Assembly: GCA_964628555.1 (NCBI GenBank)
Contig: CAZVMD010000006.1
Location: 1,267 to 65,266 of the forward strand
Length of the DNA stretch: 64,000 nt
Origin: an uncultured Myxococcales bacterium
Lineage (GTDB): Bacteria > Myxococcota_A > Polyangia > Palsa-1104 > JAEUJZ01
Direction of reading: 5' to 3'
Shown: positions 1 through 8,541 of the stretch, in pieces
Numbering within the stretch: position 1 is the first letter of the stretch
How the letters are laid out: the number at the start of each line of letters is the position of its first letter
Program-made: the position numbers and the translations under genes
Notes under the pieces: generated by a model
What the model was told of the DNA's origin: nothing
What the model saw: only the letters and a program-made list of their open reading frames with translations
Databases searched by the model: none

Positions 1-112
1 CTTTTTCGGTATAGCCAACAAAGGCCGGGATGGCGGTCGAGACCTCGGCTACCGAAGGCGGCAGCGTCGAGATCTCTTCCACGAAAACACCAGGTGTCTT
101 GTAGACGGGCAT
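1..112 (-). CDS. Contractile tail-sheath protein, N-terminus only (gene continues off the left edge); eCIS/phage-tail-like
   Basis: Reverse-complement of 1-112 starts ATG at 110-112 with a GAGGA RBS. It reads MPVYKTPGVFVEEISTLPPSVAEVSTAIPAFVGYTEK, the conserved sheath N-terminal signature (PGVYVEE...TA.AFVG.T) of T4 gp18 and Afp/PVC sheaths. It lies 12 nt downstream of the 125..973 gene on the same strand. Confidence 0.55.
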   Translation of the reverse strand, partial: MPVYKTPGVFVEEISTLPPSVAEVSTAIPAFVGYTEK

Positions 113-124
113 CTTTCCTCGTGC

Positions 125-973
125 TCACTGGGTTAATAGGGGCTGCGTTCGGTACTTGATGACGCGAAACAGCAGAACTCCCCCCGCCACACTGCGCGGC
201 GAGGGGTTGGGCAAGGGACCAAGGAGGCGTTCTTCCCCGAGCCGCAGCTCCAGATAGGCACGTGGCTGCTGTCGGCAGGAGATGGGCTGATCGGACAGGA
301 AGCGGACGCAGCGCAGGGTCGGGTACTGCTGCAAGAGCTGCGTGGCCGTGCTGTCGCTGCTGTCCGGTTCACTGCGCAGGTCGGCGCGATTGCTGTCGGA
401 AAAGCTGAGCAGATCGTCGCTGCCGCTGGGGGCTGCATCGACGATGTGCAGCTGGCTGGGGTCGGTGCTTGAGCTGGTAACGCAGTAGTAGGCCCAGCGC
501 AGCTCCCGGGCGCGGAATGGCAGGAAGTAGGTCGCTGGCTGCACCGTCAGGCCATCCGCGGCGACGGGGCAGGGAAGCTCGATGGCCGCGAAGCAGCCGG
601 TCGGCAGCAGCGGATCGGGACTCTCGGCCAGGACTAGCTGGCCAGCCGGCAGACTAGCTGCATCCCCAGGCACGAAGAGCGGTGCCGACTGCGCTGCAAG
701 CTCGCTCAGATCGGTGAACAGCGAGAACTCCGGATTCTGCAGCACCAGCTCAAAGCGCAGCGTGGTTGGCGCCGAAAAAGGAATGGGCAGCTTACCCGCC
801 GCATCAACCGGAGCGAGGATGCGCAGCCGGCCGGCATCAGCGCGGACCAGGCAGCGATGCCCATCGAGCAGGTGGCGGCTGGCGGCGCTCACGCTGATCG
901 CTAGATCCGGACAGACACCGTCGCTGTAGTAGGCGTGCTGCAGGCTGATCTGCAGCAGCGTGATGTAGCTCAT
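125..973 (-). CDS. Hypothetical protein; eCIS-associated by position between the DUF4255 gene and the sheath gene
   Basis: 282-aa ORF. Its ATG at 971-973 overlaps the stop of the upstream DUF4255-like gene (ATGA coupling). No recognisable motif. Confidence 0.45.
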   Translation of the reverse strand: MSYITLLQISLQHAYYSDGVCPDLAISVSAASRHLLDGHRCLVRADAGRLRILAPVDAAGKLPIPFSAPTTLRFELVLQNPEFSLFTDLSELAAQSAPLFVPGDAASLPAGQLVLAESPDPLLPTGCFAAIELPCPVAADGLTVQPATYFLPFRARELRWAYYCVTSSSTDPSQLHIVDAAPSGSDDLLSFSDSNRADLRSEPDSSDSTATQLLQQYPTLRCVRFLSDQPISCRQQPRAYLELRLGEERLLGPLPNPSPRSVAGGVLLFRVIKYRTQPLLTQ

Positions 974-1548
974 CGCCGGATCCTCAGCTGCAGCTCGCCA
1001 ACCGGCGCGATGGCACTGGTCTCTTCGTCTTGATAGACGACCATGCGCGCCTTGTAGAGCAGGGCTGGCAGGTACGGAACGCGCAGCATGCTAAACAGGT
1101 TGTGCTGCTCTGCGATGGGCAGCGTGACCAGCTCCATCATGATCTTTTCGATCCGGCTGCTCAGCGCAGGAGCGTTGCTGTGATCGAAGACCCGCTGGCT
1201 GGCGAAGAACTGCAGGACCAGCGACAAGTAGCGCAGCGCCTGCTCGTAGTCTTTGAAGCGGGCGGCAAAAAGGAGGTACAGGTTAAGGTGAATCGGCGGC
1301 TGCGTTCGCTGCGTCGTCCCGTCGGCGAGCTGGACACGATACGGGTCGCCGCTGCGCAGCGAAAACTCCTGCTCCAGATTGACCAGGAGCAGGGTGATCG
1401 AGCCAAGCTTGAAGTCCAGATTCTCTAGTGACTCGCAGCCGACAAACGCCACCTGTCCCTGATCGCTCTGCGCGCCTTCGACTCCCAAGACGCTGCTCAG
1501 GTGGCCGTTAAGCGTGTCTCGCAGTAGCACGAAAACTTCGTTCAACAT
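970..1548 (-). CDS. DUF4255 (Pvc16/Afp16 N-terminal domain)-like protein; putative tail terminator/cap of a contractile injection system
   Basis: 192 aa; the N-terminus MLNEVFVLLRDTLNGHL resembles the start of DUF4255 proteins. The size is typical. It is first in a minus-strand operon followed by the sheath, with a divergent AAA ATPase. A G-rich RBS precedes it. Confidence 0.5.
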   Translation of the reverse strand: MLNEVFVLLRDTLNGHLSSVLGVEGAQSDQGQVAFVGCESLENLDFKLGSITLLLVNLEQEFSLRSGDPYRVQLADGTTQRTQPPIHLNLYLLFAARFKDYEQALRYLSLVLQFFASQRVFDHSNAPALSSRIEKIMMELVTLPIAEQHNLFSMLRVPYLPALLYKARMVVYQDEETSAIAPVGELQLRIRR

Positions 1549-1765
1549 CCGCTGCGCGTTCCCCCACGGCGCTGATTCCTAAGTCAGATCGCCCTGGCTC
1601 TTTAGCCTGCTGGGCGCAGCAGCGAGCGTCTATTTGATTTCTTTGAAGTCAGCTTTTGGTTTCAAGCAAAGCTTCCTCGGTCGGCTTGGCTGTAGCGTGG
1701 GAAGCGACGCGTGGGGCGATCGCGCGCCGCTTCGTATCGCTCGTCGTGCGGCATGGGAACGAGGA

Positions 1766-3115
1766 ATGAGCACACTTCTGGCAAACGCTGCTGCCTTGGA
1801 ACAAGACCTCGCCTGGTTCGGGGAGGTCCTGGCGACTCGCTTGCGCCTGCACTTCACTCCGAATGAGCCGGGGCCGGCCACTGTCCTGGACCTTCCGCCC
1901 CCCGACCTTAGCCAGTCTGATTCGGAGTATGCTCGCTTCCTCCTGCACTATCGCTTCACGTTTGCCGAGCGCTTGGCGCTGGTCTTGGCGCTGGTGCCCC
2001 AGCTGCGGCCACAGCTCCTCGACCCGTTTTACACGCGCAGTGCCGGCACCGATCGCCGCGTCACTGACTTTGGCGGCTACTGCGAGCGCGGCGATGGCGA
2101 ATTCCTGCCGACCGGCGAGACGCTGGCCTTCCTGCTGGGCGGTGCCGACCTGGCGCTGCGCTTTCACTGTCAGCTGCTCTTCGATCCGCAGCATGTGTTT
2201 AGCCGACACCGGATTCTGCGCAGTGCCGCGCTGGTTCCTGAGCTGCCGATCATGAAGTCGCCGCTCCTGATCTCGGAGGAGCTCCTGTCTCTGTTTACGA
2301 CCGGACAGGAGCGGCGGCCGGCCTTCGGGGCCAGCTTCCCGGCCATGGCCATCGAGACCAACCTGACCTGGGACGATGTTGTGCTCTCGCCCGCGACGCG
2401 GAAGCAGGTGGAGGAGATCCGCACCTTCATCGACTACGGTTCGCAGCTTCTCAACGAGTGGGGCATGGCCGCCAAGCTGCGGCCTGGCTACCGCGCGCTG
2501 TTTTATGGCCCACCCGGCACCGGCAAGACCATGACCGCCTGCCTCGTCGGCAAGTCGAGCGGACGCGACGTCTACAAGGTCGATCTATCGCTGGTGATGT
2601 CCAAGTACATCGGCGAGACCGAAAAGAACCTGGCTCGCGTGTTCGATCAGGCCGAGCACAAAAACTGGATCCTGTTTTTCGATGAAGCCGATGCGCTGTT
2701 CGGCAAGCGCAGCGAGACCCGCGACGCGCACGATCGCTACGCTAACCAAGAAGTCGCTTTCCTACTGCAGCGCATCGAGACTTTCGACGGCATCGCCATT
2801 TTGGCCTCGAACCTGCGCGACAACGTCGATGATGCCTTCGCCCGTCGCTTCGAGTCCGTGATCTACTTCCCAATGCCGCGCGCCGAAGAGCGCCTGCGGC
2901 TGTGGCGACAAGGCTTCTCGCCGCAGGCCACGCTCGATCGCTCCGTCGATCTGGAGGCCCTGGCTCGCGAGCGCGTCCTGTCGGGCGGCGCGATCATGAA
3001 CGTCATCCGCTACGCCTCGCTGCAGGCGCTAAAGGGCGGCGGTCGTCCGATTACCGCCGACGATCTGCTGGTGGGAATTCAGCGTGAGCTGGCCAAAGAG
3101 GGCAAGGCGGCCTGA
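1766..3115 (+). CDS. AAA+ ATPase (Afp15/Pvc15-like eCIS-associated ATPase candidate)
   Basis: Walker A GPPGTGKT, Walker B ILFFDEADALF, sensor/arginine-finger region SNLRDNVDDAFARRFE. ~240-aa N-terminal non-ATPase domain. Divergent from the DUF4255 gene. The listed ORF starts at a TTG at 1634; the ATG at 1766 is preferred but uncertain. Confidence 0.8.
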   Translation: MSTLLANAAALEQDLAWFGEVLATRLRLHFTPNEPGPATVLDLPPPDLSQSDSEYARFLLHYRFTFAERLALVLALVPQLRPQLLDPFYTRSAGTDRRVTDFGGYCERGDGEFLPTGETLAFLLGGADLALRFHCQLLFDPQHVFSRHRILRSAALVPELPIMKSPLLISEELLSLFTTGQERRPAFGASFPAMAIETNLTWDDVVLSPATRKQVEEIRTFIDYGSQLLNEWGMAAKLRPGYRALFYGPPGTGKTMTACLVGKSSGRDVYKVDLSLVMSKYIGETEKNLARVFDQAEHKNWILFFDEADALFGKRSETRDAHDRYANQEVAFLLQRIETFDGIAILASNLRDNVDDAFARRFESVIYFPMPRAEERLRLWRQGFSPQATLDRSVDLEALARERVLSGGAIMNVIRYASLQALKGGGRPITADDLLVGIQRELAKEGKAA

Positions 3116-3143
3116 GCGCCGCCGCGCGTGCACTGCCCTGCGC

Positions 3144-4124
3144 CTAGCGGTCTTTCAGCCCGCTGAGCTTGCGGTCGGCGAGGATGTTGTACAGCTTGCT
3201 GATGCGGCCGCTGTCGTCGACGTCGATGGCCAGCACCGAGCGCGGGGCGATGCGCGGGGGCGGTCCGCTATGCTGCGCCACCAGGCAGGGCAGGCCGGCC
3301 AGCACCGCCAGGCTGCCTGTCCACTGTCCTTGGGATCCGCCCAGGCGCGGCACCTTGACCAGGAACAGCGAGACCGACGCGACGCCGCGCACCGGCTTGC
3401 GCGCTGCCAGATACTGGCCGCCACCGTCGTTGAGCATCACCACCTGCGGCGAGAGCAGGCCGGCCACCGCCGCCACGTCTTGCTGCGCGATGGCTAGCAA
3501 AAGCTGGGTCAGCGTGGCCTGCACCCGGGCCTGCGCCGTCTGCGAGGTATCGATGCGGGCCTGGTCGTAGCTGCTTAGCTTGCGACGACCGCGCAGGTGC
3601 ACGACCTTGACGTTGGCCTCGCTCATGTCGAGCGTGGCAGCGGTCTGTCGGACATCGAGATCGAGGACATCGCGCAGCACCAGCACGGCTCGCTGCTGCG
3701 GTGAGAGCGCTTCCAGCGCGAGCAGAAAGCCGAAGGTCAGCGACTCGCGGGTGTCGTAGCGAGCGGTCGGACTGGCTGCCTCGTCGGCTGGCTCGGCGAC
3801 CGGGCTGGGCAGCCAGGGACCGATGTACGGCGTGCGGCGGCGGCGGCGCAGGACGTCAATCGACAGGCGAGAGGCGACACGCCACAGCCAAGGGCGCAGC
3901 GGCAAAGTGAGGTCGGCGGGCGGGTGGAAAAGGAGTCGCGCGCAGGTCTCTTGCACGACATCATCAGCATCGGCGGCCGAGCCGGTGATGCGCAGCGCCA
4001 GGCCCCACAAGGCAGGGCGCTCCTTTGCGATCAGCGCGGCGAAGTCGGGCGGATCGGCAGCCGGCTTGGCTGCTTCGTCGCTGGGCTGAGGACGGGAAGA
4101 GGGTCGCGGCGACCGGTCGCTCAC
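3144..4124 (-). CDS. ECF41-family RNA polymerase sigma factor (sigma-70 region 2/4 plus a SnoaL-like C-terminal extension)
   Basis: Sigma-2 region DDVVQETCARLL. The linker motif YIGPWL is characteristic of ECF41. ~200-aa C-terminal extension. 4-nt overlap with the upstream membrane-protein gene. Confidence 0.8.
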   Translation of the reverse strand: MSDRSPRPSSRPQPSDEAAKPAADPPDFAALIAKERPALWGLALRITGSAADADDVVQETCARLLFHPPADLTLPLRPWLWRVASRLSIDVLRRRRRTPYIGPWLPSPVAEPADEAASPTARYDTRESLTFGFLLALEALSPQQRAVLVLRDVLDLDVRQTAATLDMSEANVKVVHLRGRRKLSSYDQARIDTSQTAQARVQATLTQLLLAIAQQDVAAVAGLLSPQVVMLNDGGGQYLAARKPVRGVASVSLFLVKVPRLGGSQGQWTGSLAVLAGLPCLVAQHSGPPPRIAPRSVLAIDVDDSGRISKLYNILADRKLSGLKDR

Positions 4125-4891
4125 GGAGACAGTTTATCCGCCAGCGCCTTATATTCGGGAAATCGTTCGCGTGAGGCTTCGTTGCCGCGCCACAGGATGC
4201 TGAACACGCCCGCGGTGACTACGGCGGCAAAGCCGAAGATGACCGCCAGGCGGGCTCGGCTGGGTCCGGCGGTGGGACGGGAGGCGGCAGGTGCGGCGGC
4301 GGCGCGGCGACGCAAAAGGATGCGCGAAGCGAGATGCAGGCCGATGCCAAGGTGGGTGGCTCCGGCGATGGCGAGGAGCAGATAGTAGGGCCAGAAGAAG
4401 GCCGGCACCGACAGCGCGGCATAGGCCAAAAAGGCGAAGTCGGCCTTGCCGGTTGCCGTCGGTGCGCTGGCCAAGGTCGGCGCGATGCGGGTGGCCAGGA
4501 CGTGCGGCAGGATGACGAGCAGCAGGAAGTAGCCGGCCAGGCGGTGGGCGCGCATGTAACCCGAGCCGGCCAGCGCCAACAGCTTGCGCCGGCGAATCAT
4601 CTGCACGATGGCGCAGGCGATGTGGATGCTGCCGGCCGCACCCATGATCGCGATCTCGACGGCGACGTGGGGGCGATACAGCTTGCGCAGCGCCGACAGC
4701 GTCGCGTCATAGGCCCCAGGACCGAGCAGGCCGGAGCTGGCGGTAAGCAAGTGCAGGACAAGAAAGAGGGCGAAGATGGCGCCTGAGGCGGCCTGTATGG
4801 GCCCCAGCTTGAGCTTGGCGGCCTCGGGGGATCCAGCCGCTTCGCTGGCGGTGGGAGCGGGTAGGGCAGGGGCTTGTGCTTCGTGGTCCAT
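4121..4891 (-). CDS. Multi-pass membrane protein co-transcribed upstream of the ECF41 sigma factor
   Basis: 4-5 predicted TM helices. ATG at 4889-4891 preceded by GGTGGAGG. Overlaps the sigma gene start. The track ORF starts at a GTG at 4912. Confidence 0.55.
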   Translation of the reverse strand: MDHEAQAPALPAPTASEAAGSPEAAKLKLGPIQAASGAIFALFLVLHLLTASSGLLGPGAYDATLSALRKLYRPHVAVEIAIMGAAGSIHIACAIVQMIRRRKLLALAGSGYMRAHRLAGYFLLLVILPHVLATRIAPTLASAPTATGKADFAFLAYAALSVPAFFWPYYLLLAIAGATHLGIGLHLASRILLRRRAAAAPAASRPTAGPSRARLAVIFGFAAVVTAGVFSILWRGNEASRERFPEYKALADKLSP

Positions 4892-4952
4892 GACAACCTC
4901 CACCCTATTCACGCGGGGCGCTGCGTTTGGTTACAGCGCGGCTGAAGATTTT
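4892..4952 (-). promoter_or_regulatory. Candidate ECF41-type promoter upstream of the membrane-protein/ECF41 sigma operon
   Basis: Minus-strand reading TGTAACC-N15-CGTG ...GGTGGAGGttgtcATG. The reported ECF41 target consensus is TGTCACA-N16-CGTC. Confidence 0.25.
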
Positions 4953-6068
4953 TCAGAAACCGTCGCTGTGCAGGGTGCGAGCGAGGCGGCGATAGAGCTC
5001 GCGATGGTCAAAGCCACTGATCAGATCGGGCAGCAGGTGGGCAAGCTGCCCGACCTCGTCCAGGTGATCGGCCGGCACGCAGCCCAGAAACGTGCCCCAG
5101 CGCGAAGCGGCGACGGTGACCAGGCCATCGTTGGGGATCGGCTGCAGCGGGTTCGGACTGGTCAGGGCGAAGACCGGCACGGCGACGGCGAGCAGCGGAT
5201 CCAGAAGATCGATGCGATCCGAGTTGCCCCAGACGCTGCCGGCACACTCGCTGTCGGCGATGCGGGCGCTGCTGCGGCCGGCGACGCTGTAGTACTTGAC
5301 GCGGCGGTCGTCGGGGTTCTTGGGATTGAACTCGCGCGTCATGTAGTCGCGCGATAGCTGCCGCAGCGAGGCTTGCACCTTGGCATCGCCCGGGGCGGCG
5401 GTCAGGCTCCACAGGGCGCGCAGGAGGGCGTTGATCAGATCGTAAGAGATGCCGGGGATGAGCCCGAGCGCAGCGTCGGCGACCGGCGTCCCGCGGTGCG
5501 GCGATGCAACGGTGACTAGGCCCGCGACGCGATCGCCGTAGCCCAGCGAGCTGACAAGATAGCGGGCATCGATGCCGCCCTGCGAGTGACCGATGAGGTT
5601 GACCTTGCAGGCGCCGGTGGCTCGCAGCGTGTCGTCGATGACGCTGGCCAGGTAGGTGGCGCGCACAGCCGAGCTCTCAAAAGGGGGGACCTGTGCTTCG
5701 ATGACCGTCTCGCCACGGCTGCGCAGATCGGCCGCGACCATAAAGAAGTAGTTGATCGGTCCGATGCGCTCAAAGCCGGCGAAGCCATGCGCGAGGACGA
5801 TGGGATAGGGGGCGCCGCGACAGCTACCGAGTGCCGCGACTGACTGCGCCAGCGCCGCCTCGTCTTCGGCGGGCCCGCCGCAGGCCGCAAGCTGAGCGAC
5901 GCCCAGCACGGCAGACAGGCAGATGGCGAGGCGAGCCCAGCGCCGGCTTATGCCGCTCGCTAGCCGTGCCTGCCGACGAGGCTCTGGACGAACGGGCGGT
6001 GCAGAGAGCGGACGAGCAGAGCGGAAGAACGACGGACGGGCAGATAGAGGACGGAGAGACCGGGACAT
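4953..6068 (-). CDS. Secreted triacylglycerol lipase/esterase (alpha/beta hydrolase, Pseudomonas-type lipase family)
   Basis: Oxyanion HGF (VLAHGFAGF) and nucleophile elbow GHSQGG. Lipobox-like LAAC signal after an N-terminal extension. Strong RBS GGAAGGAGG before the ATG at 6068. Confidence 0.7.
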   Translation of the reverse strand: MSRSLRPLSARPSFFRSARPLSAPPVRPEPRRQARLASGISRRWARLAICLSAVLGVAQLAACGGPAEDEAALAQSVAALGSCRGAPYPIVLAHGFAGFERIGPINYFFMVAADLRSRGETVIEAQVPPFESSAVRATYLASVIDDTLRATGACKVNLIGHSQGGIDARYLVSSLGYGDRVAGLVTVASPHRGTPVADAALGLIPGISYDLINALLRALWSLTAAPGDAKVQASLRQLSRDYMTREFNPKNPDDRRVKYYSVAGRSSARIADSECAGSVWGNSDRIDLLDPLLAVAVPVFALTSPNPLQPIPNDGLVTVAASRWGTFLGCVPADHLDEVGQLAHLLPDLISGFDHRELYRRLARTLHSDGF

Positions 6069-6173
6069 GGGAAGCCTCCTTCCAGCGCGCGATAGGTGGG
6101 CGAATCAAAGCACGCTGGCCGGAGATTTGGCAGTCGCAAGCGGCTGCGGGTCGGATGTCCCCGACGGGCCGTG

Positions 6174-6503
6174 CTACTGGCTGGGGCCCGCTGGCGGCTG
6201 GCTGCTGTGCTCGCGCTTGCGCTGCAGGAACAGCTTGATGGTCGCCAGGATCGCGATCGCTGAAAGGCCCGGGCAGACGATGCCGAAGAAGATCCACAGC
6301 AGCATGCGGTTAAAGCCCTGCTGCTCAGCGCTGCCGAGGCGACCATTCCAGTACAAGATCGAGAGCCCAACGCCGAGGGCGCTAAACAACAGATAGGTTC
6401 CGCTGCGCGCCTGACCGGCCTGGGGCGAGCCCGGGCTGGCTGGATTCTTGGTCAGTGCCTGCTTGCTGCTGCTGTCTTTGCCGCTGTCTTGATCGGTGGC
6501 CAT
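6174..6503 (-). CDS. Small two-TM membrane protein (paralog of 11975..12184)
   Basis: Hydrophilic S/K/D-rich N-terminus, then 2 TM helices. Clear homology to the 69-aa ORF at 11975..12184 (RSGxYLLFSAxGxxLxIxxW...LLxxIxxGIxxPGxxxIxILxxIKxF). ATG at 6503 with AGGGA nearby; the alternative ATG is at 6533. Confidence 0.5.
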   Translation of the reverse strand: MATDQDSGKDSSSKQALTKNPASPGSPQAGQARSGTYLLFSALGVGLSILYWNGRLGSAEQQGFNRMLLWIFFGIVCPGLSAIAILATIKLFLQRKREHSSQPPAGPSQ

Positions 6504-6647
6504 GTCCCTGTCCCATCCCGCTGCACGGCTCATGATATCTTCAAATGCGGCCGGCTTCGGCTGCGCGTTTGCAGGCGGGTGCTAGGCGTCTGTCTGGCCC
6601 AGCCTTCGATGCCGCGGCGGCCGGCTCTGTCCCACGACTCCGTCACC

Positions 6648-7853
6648 ATGATTCGCTATGGCTCCAGCTTTCGCGCGGCCGATATCAAGACGACGCTGGC
6701 GCATGCGCAGGCCATCGCGCCCCAGCTGGGTATCAGCCGCGTCACCGAGGTGACGTACCTCGATCGCATCGGCGTCCCGGTCTTCGTCGCGATTCGGCCG
6801 GATGCGCAGCCGGGATCGGTATGTGTCAGCGCCGGCAAGGGCATGACCGCGGCCGAGGCCCGCATCGGGGCCTACATGGAGGCCATCGAGCTAGCCTGGG
6901 CTGAGTACCGGCGCACCCAGTTTCCCCTGCAGAGCCTGCCCAGCGGCGAGGTCCTCGACGGGCGCAGCCGCCCCGAGGCCCTGCTGGATTTCTGTCCGAG
7001 CTGGGGGCAGTTTCTCGACCGCAGCGCCGAGATGTGGTGTGTGCCGGCGCAAGACATCGTCAGCGGCGAGACCTGGCAGATTCCCGCCGAGACGGTCTTT
7101 CATCCGCTGCCGGCTGAGCTGGGCGGCGCGCGCTACTTCGGCTCGGGCAGCAATGGCCTGGCCTCGGGCAACAGCGTGCTGGAGGCGACGGTGCACGCGC
7201 TCGCTGAGGTCATCGAGCGCGATGTCACCAGCTTCCACAACGCCCGCGATGCCTCGCGCCTGATCGCCGCCGCCAGCCTGCCGGAGCCGATCGCCGGCCT
7301 GCTTGCTCACCTCAACGCGCAGGGCTTTGAGCTGGTGGTGCGCGGTCTACCGAACCCCTTTGGCCTGCCGTGCTTTATGGCGGTCTCGTTCGATCGCACC
7401 CAGCCTGAGGTGACGCTGCGCGGCGACGGCTGTCATCCGGTGCGCTCGATTGCGCTGTTGCGCGCGGTGACTGAGACCATCCAGTGCCGGCTGAGCCTGA
7501 TCCATGGCGGCCGCGACGATCTGGCCAATGTCCATCGTCCCTTCAAGGCCCTATCGCCCGAGGAAAAAGCCGAGGTCTATGCCAAGGTGCTGGGCGGACT
7601 CCTGCGCGATCCGCAGCCGCTGGCCTACACCGACCTGCCCGATCACGCCGACCAGATCAGCAGCCTGGAGTCTTGCCTGGGGCTCCTCGTTGCTCGCCTG
7701 CACGCCCTTGGCTTTCCCCGCATCCTGCGTTTTGTCTACACGCCGCCGGACTACCCGGTGCAGGTGGTGCGCATCGTCGTGCCGGGGCTGGAGTGCTATT
7801 CGCGCGACACCAATCGCATCGGTCCGCGGCTGCGGAGGTATCTGCGTGTCTGA
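6648..7853 (+). CDS. ycaO: YcaO-domain protein (TfuA-partnered, thioamide-forming type)
   Basis: YcaO hallmark GSGSNGLASGNSVLEATVHALAEVIERD, plus IGVPVFVAIRPD and GAYMEAIE. Stop overlaps the tfuA start. The start may instead be the ATG at 6609. Confidence 0.85.
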   Translation: MIRYGSSFRAADIKTTLAHAQAIAPQLGISRVTEVTYLDRIGVPVFVAIRPDAQPGSVCVSAGKGMTAAEARIGAYMEAIELAWAEYRRTQFPLQSLPSGEVLDGRSRPEALLDFCPSWGQFLDRSAEMWCVPAQDIVSGETWQIPAETVFHPLPAELGGARYFGSGSNGLASGNSVLEATVHALAEVIERDVTSFHNARDASRLIAAASLPEPIAGLLAHLNAQGFELVVRGLPNPFGLPCFMAVSFDRTQPEVTLRGDGCHPVRSIALLRAVTETIQCRLSLIHGGRDDLANVHRPFKALSPEEKAEVYAKVLGGLLRDPQPLAYTDLPDHADQISSLESCLGLLVARLHALGFPRILRFVYTPPDYPVQVVRIVVPGLECYSRDTNRIGPRLRRYLRV

Positions 7854-8541
7854 GGTCTGGCTGTACGCCGGTCCGACGCTGCTGCGCGCGCAGGCCATCG
7901 AGCCCGGGCTGTCGCTTGCGGGCATCTCGGTGCTGCCGCCGATTGGCCGCGGTGATCTGCCACGTCTGCTGCGCTCGCCGGCGGCGGCCCGGCCGGGCTG
8001 CATCGTCATTGTCGATGGCCTGTTTCATCTGCGGCTTTCGGTGGGGCACGCCGAGCTGCGCAGCGCGCTGGTCAGCGGCTTTCGCGTCTTCGGCCTGTCT
8101 TCGATGGGCGCGATTCGAGCCCGCGAGATGGCGCACCTGGGGATGGAGGGCTTCGGGCAGATCTATGAGCTGTACTGCCAGGCCGGGATCGACTTTCGCG
8201 ACGACGAAGTGACGCTGCTGCACGACCCCGAGCCGCCGTATCGCGAGCTCTCTGAGCCGCTTGTGCACCTGCGAGCCGCGGTGCGAGATCTGGTCCAGCT
8301 GGGGCTCTTGCCAGAACAGGCCGGCGAGGCGGTGATCGAGAAGCTGTCCCGCTCGTGGTTCGGCGATCGCACGCTGCCGATCCTGCGCGCGCTGCTTTCT
8401 GCGCAGGGGCTCGACGCGGCGGCGCTGGCGGCGATCGATGCCCGCTTGGCGGACTTCAACCGCTATCGACAGAAGGCGCACGATCTAATCGCCTTCCTGC
8501 AGCAGCGACCGGATCGTCAGCCGCGCTCTACTGCGCCCTAG
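7846..8541 (+). CDS. tfuA: TfuA-like protein (YcaO partner for peptide backbone thioamidation)
   Basis: GTG at 7846 overlaps the ycaO stop by 8 nt. N-terminus VWLYAGPTL...LPPIGRGDL and the length (~230 aa) match the TfuA family. Co-oriented and coupled with ycaO. Confidence 0.75.
   Translation: MSEVWLYAGPTLLRAQAIEPGLSLAGISVLPPIGRGDLPRLLRSPAAARPGCIVIVDGLFHLRLSVGHAELRSALVSGFRVFGLSSMGAIRAREMAHLGMEGFGQIYELYCQAGIDFRDDEVTLLHDPEPPYRELSEPLVHLRAAVRDLVQLGLLPEQAGEAVIEKLSRSWFGDRTLPILRALLSAQGLDAAALAAIDARLADFNRYRQKAHDLIAFLQQRPDRQPRSTAP

Noticed and set aside
2825-2850. tRNA-like T-loop motifs (TTCGAGTCC at 2831, GTTCGATCC at 23481)
   Set aside because: Both are inside well-supported coding sequences, with no cloverleaf-compatible flanks. 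No tRNA is called in this window.
7657-8481. Long antisense ORFs (for example 7657..8481-, 10091..10804-, 21028..21903-, 24587..25405-, 62638..63687-, 60964..62094-, 7484..8212+)
   Set aside because: They lie opposite or overlapping well-supported genes. They are Arg/Ala/Pro-rich with no motifs, and are typical open-frame artefacts of ~70% GC DNA.
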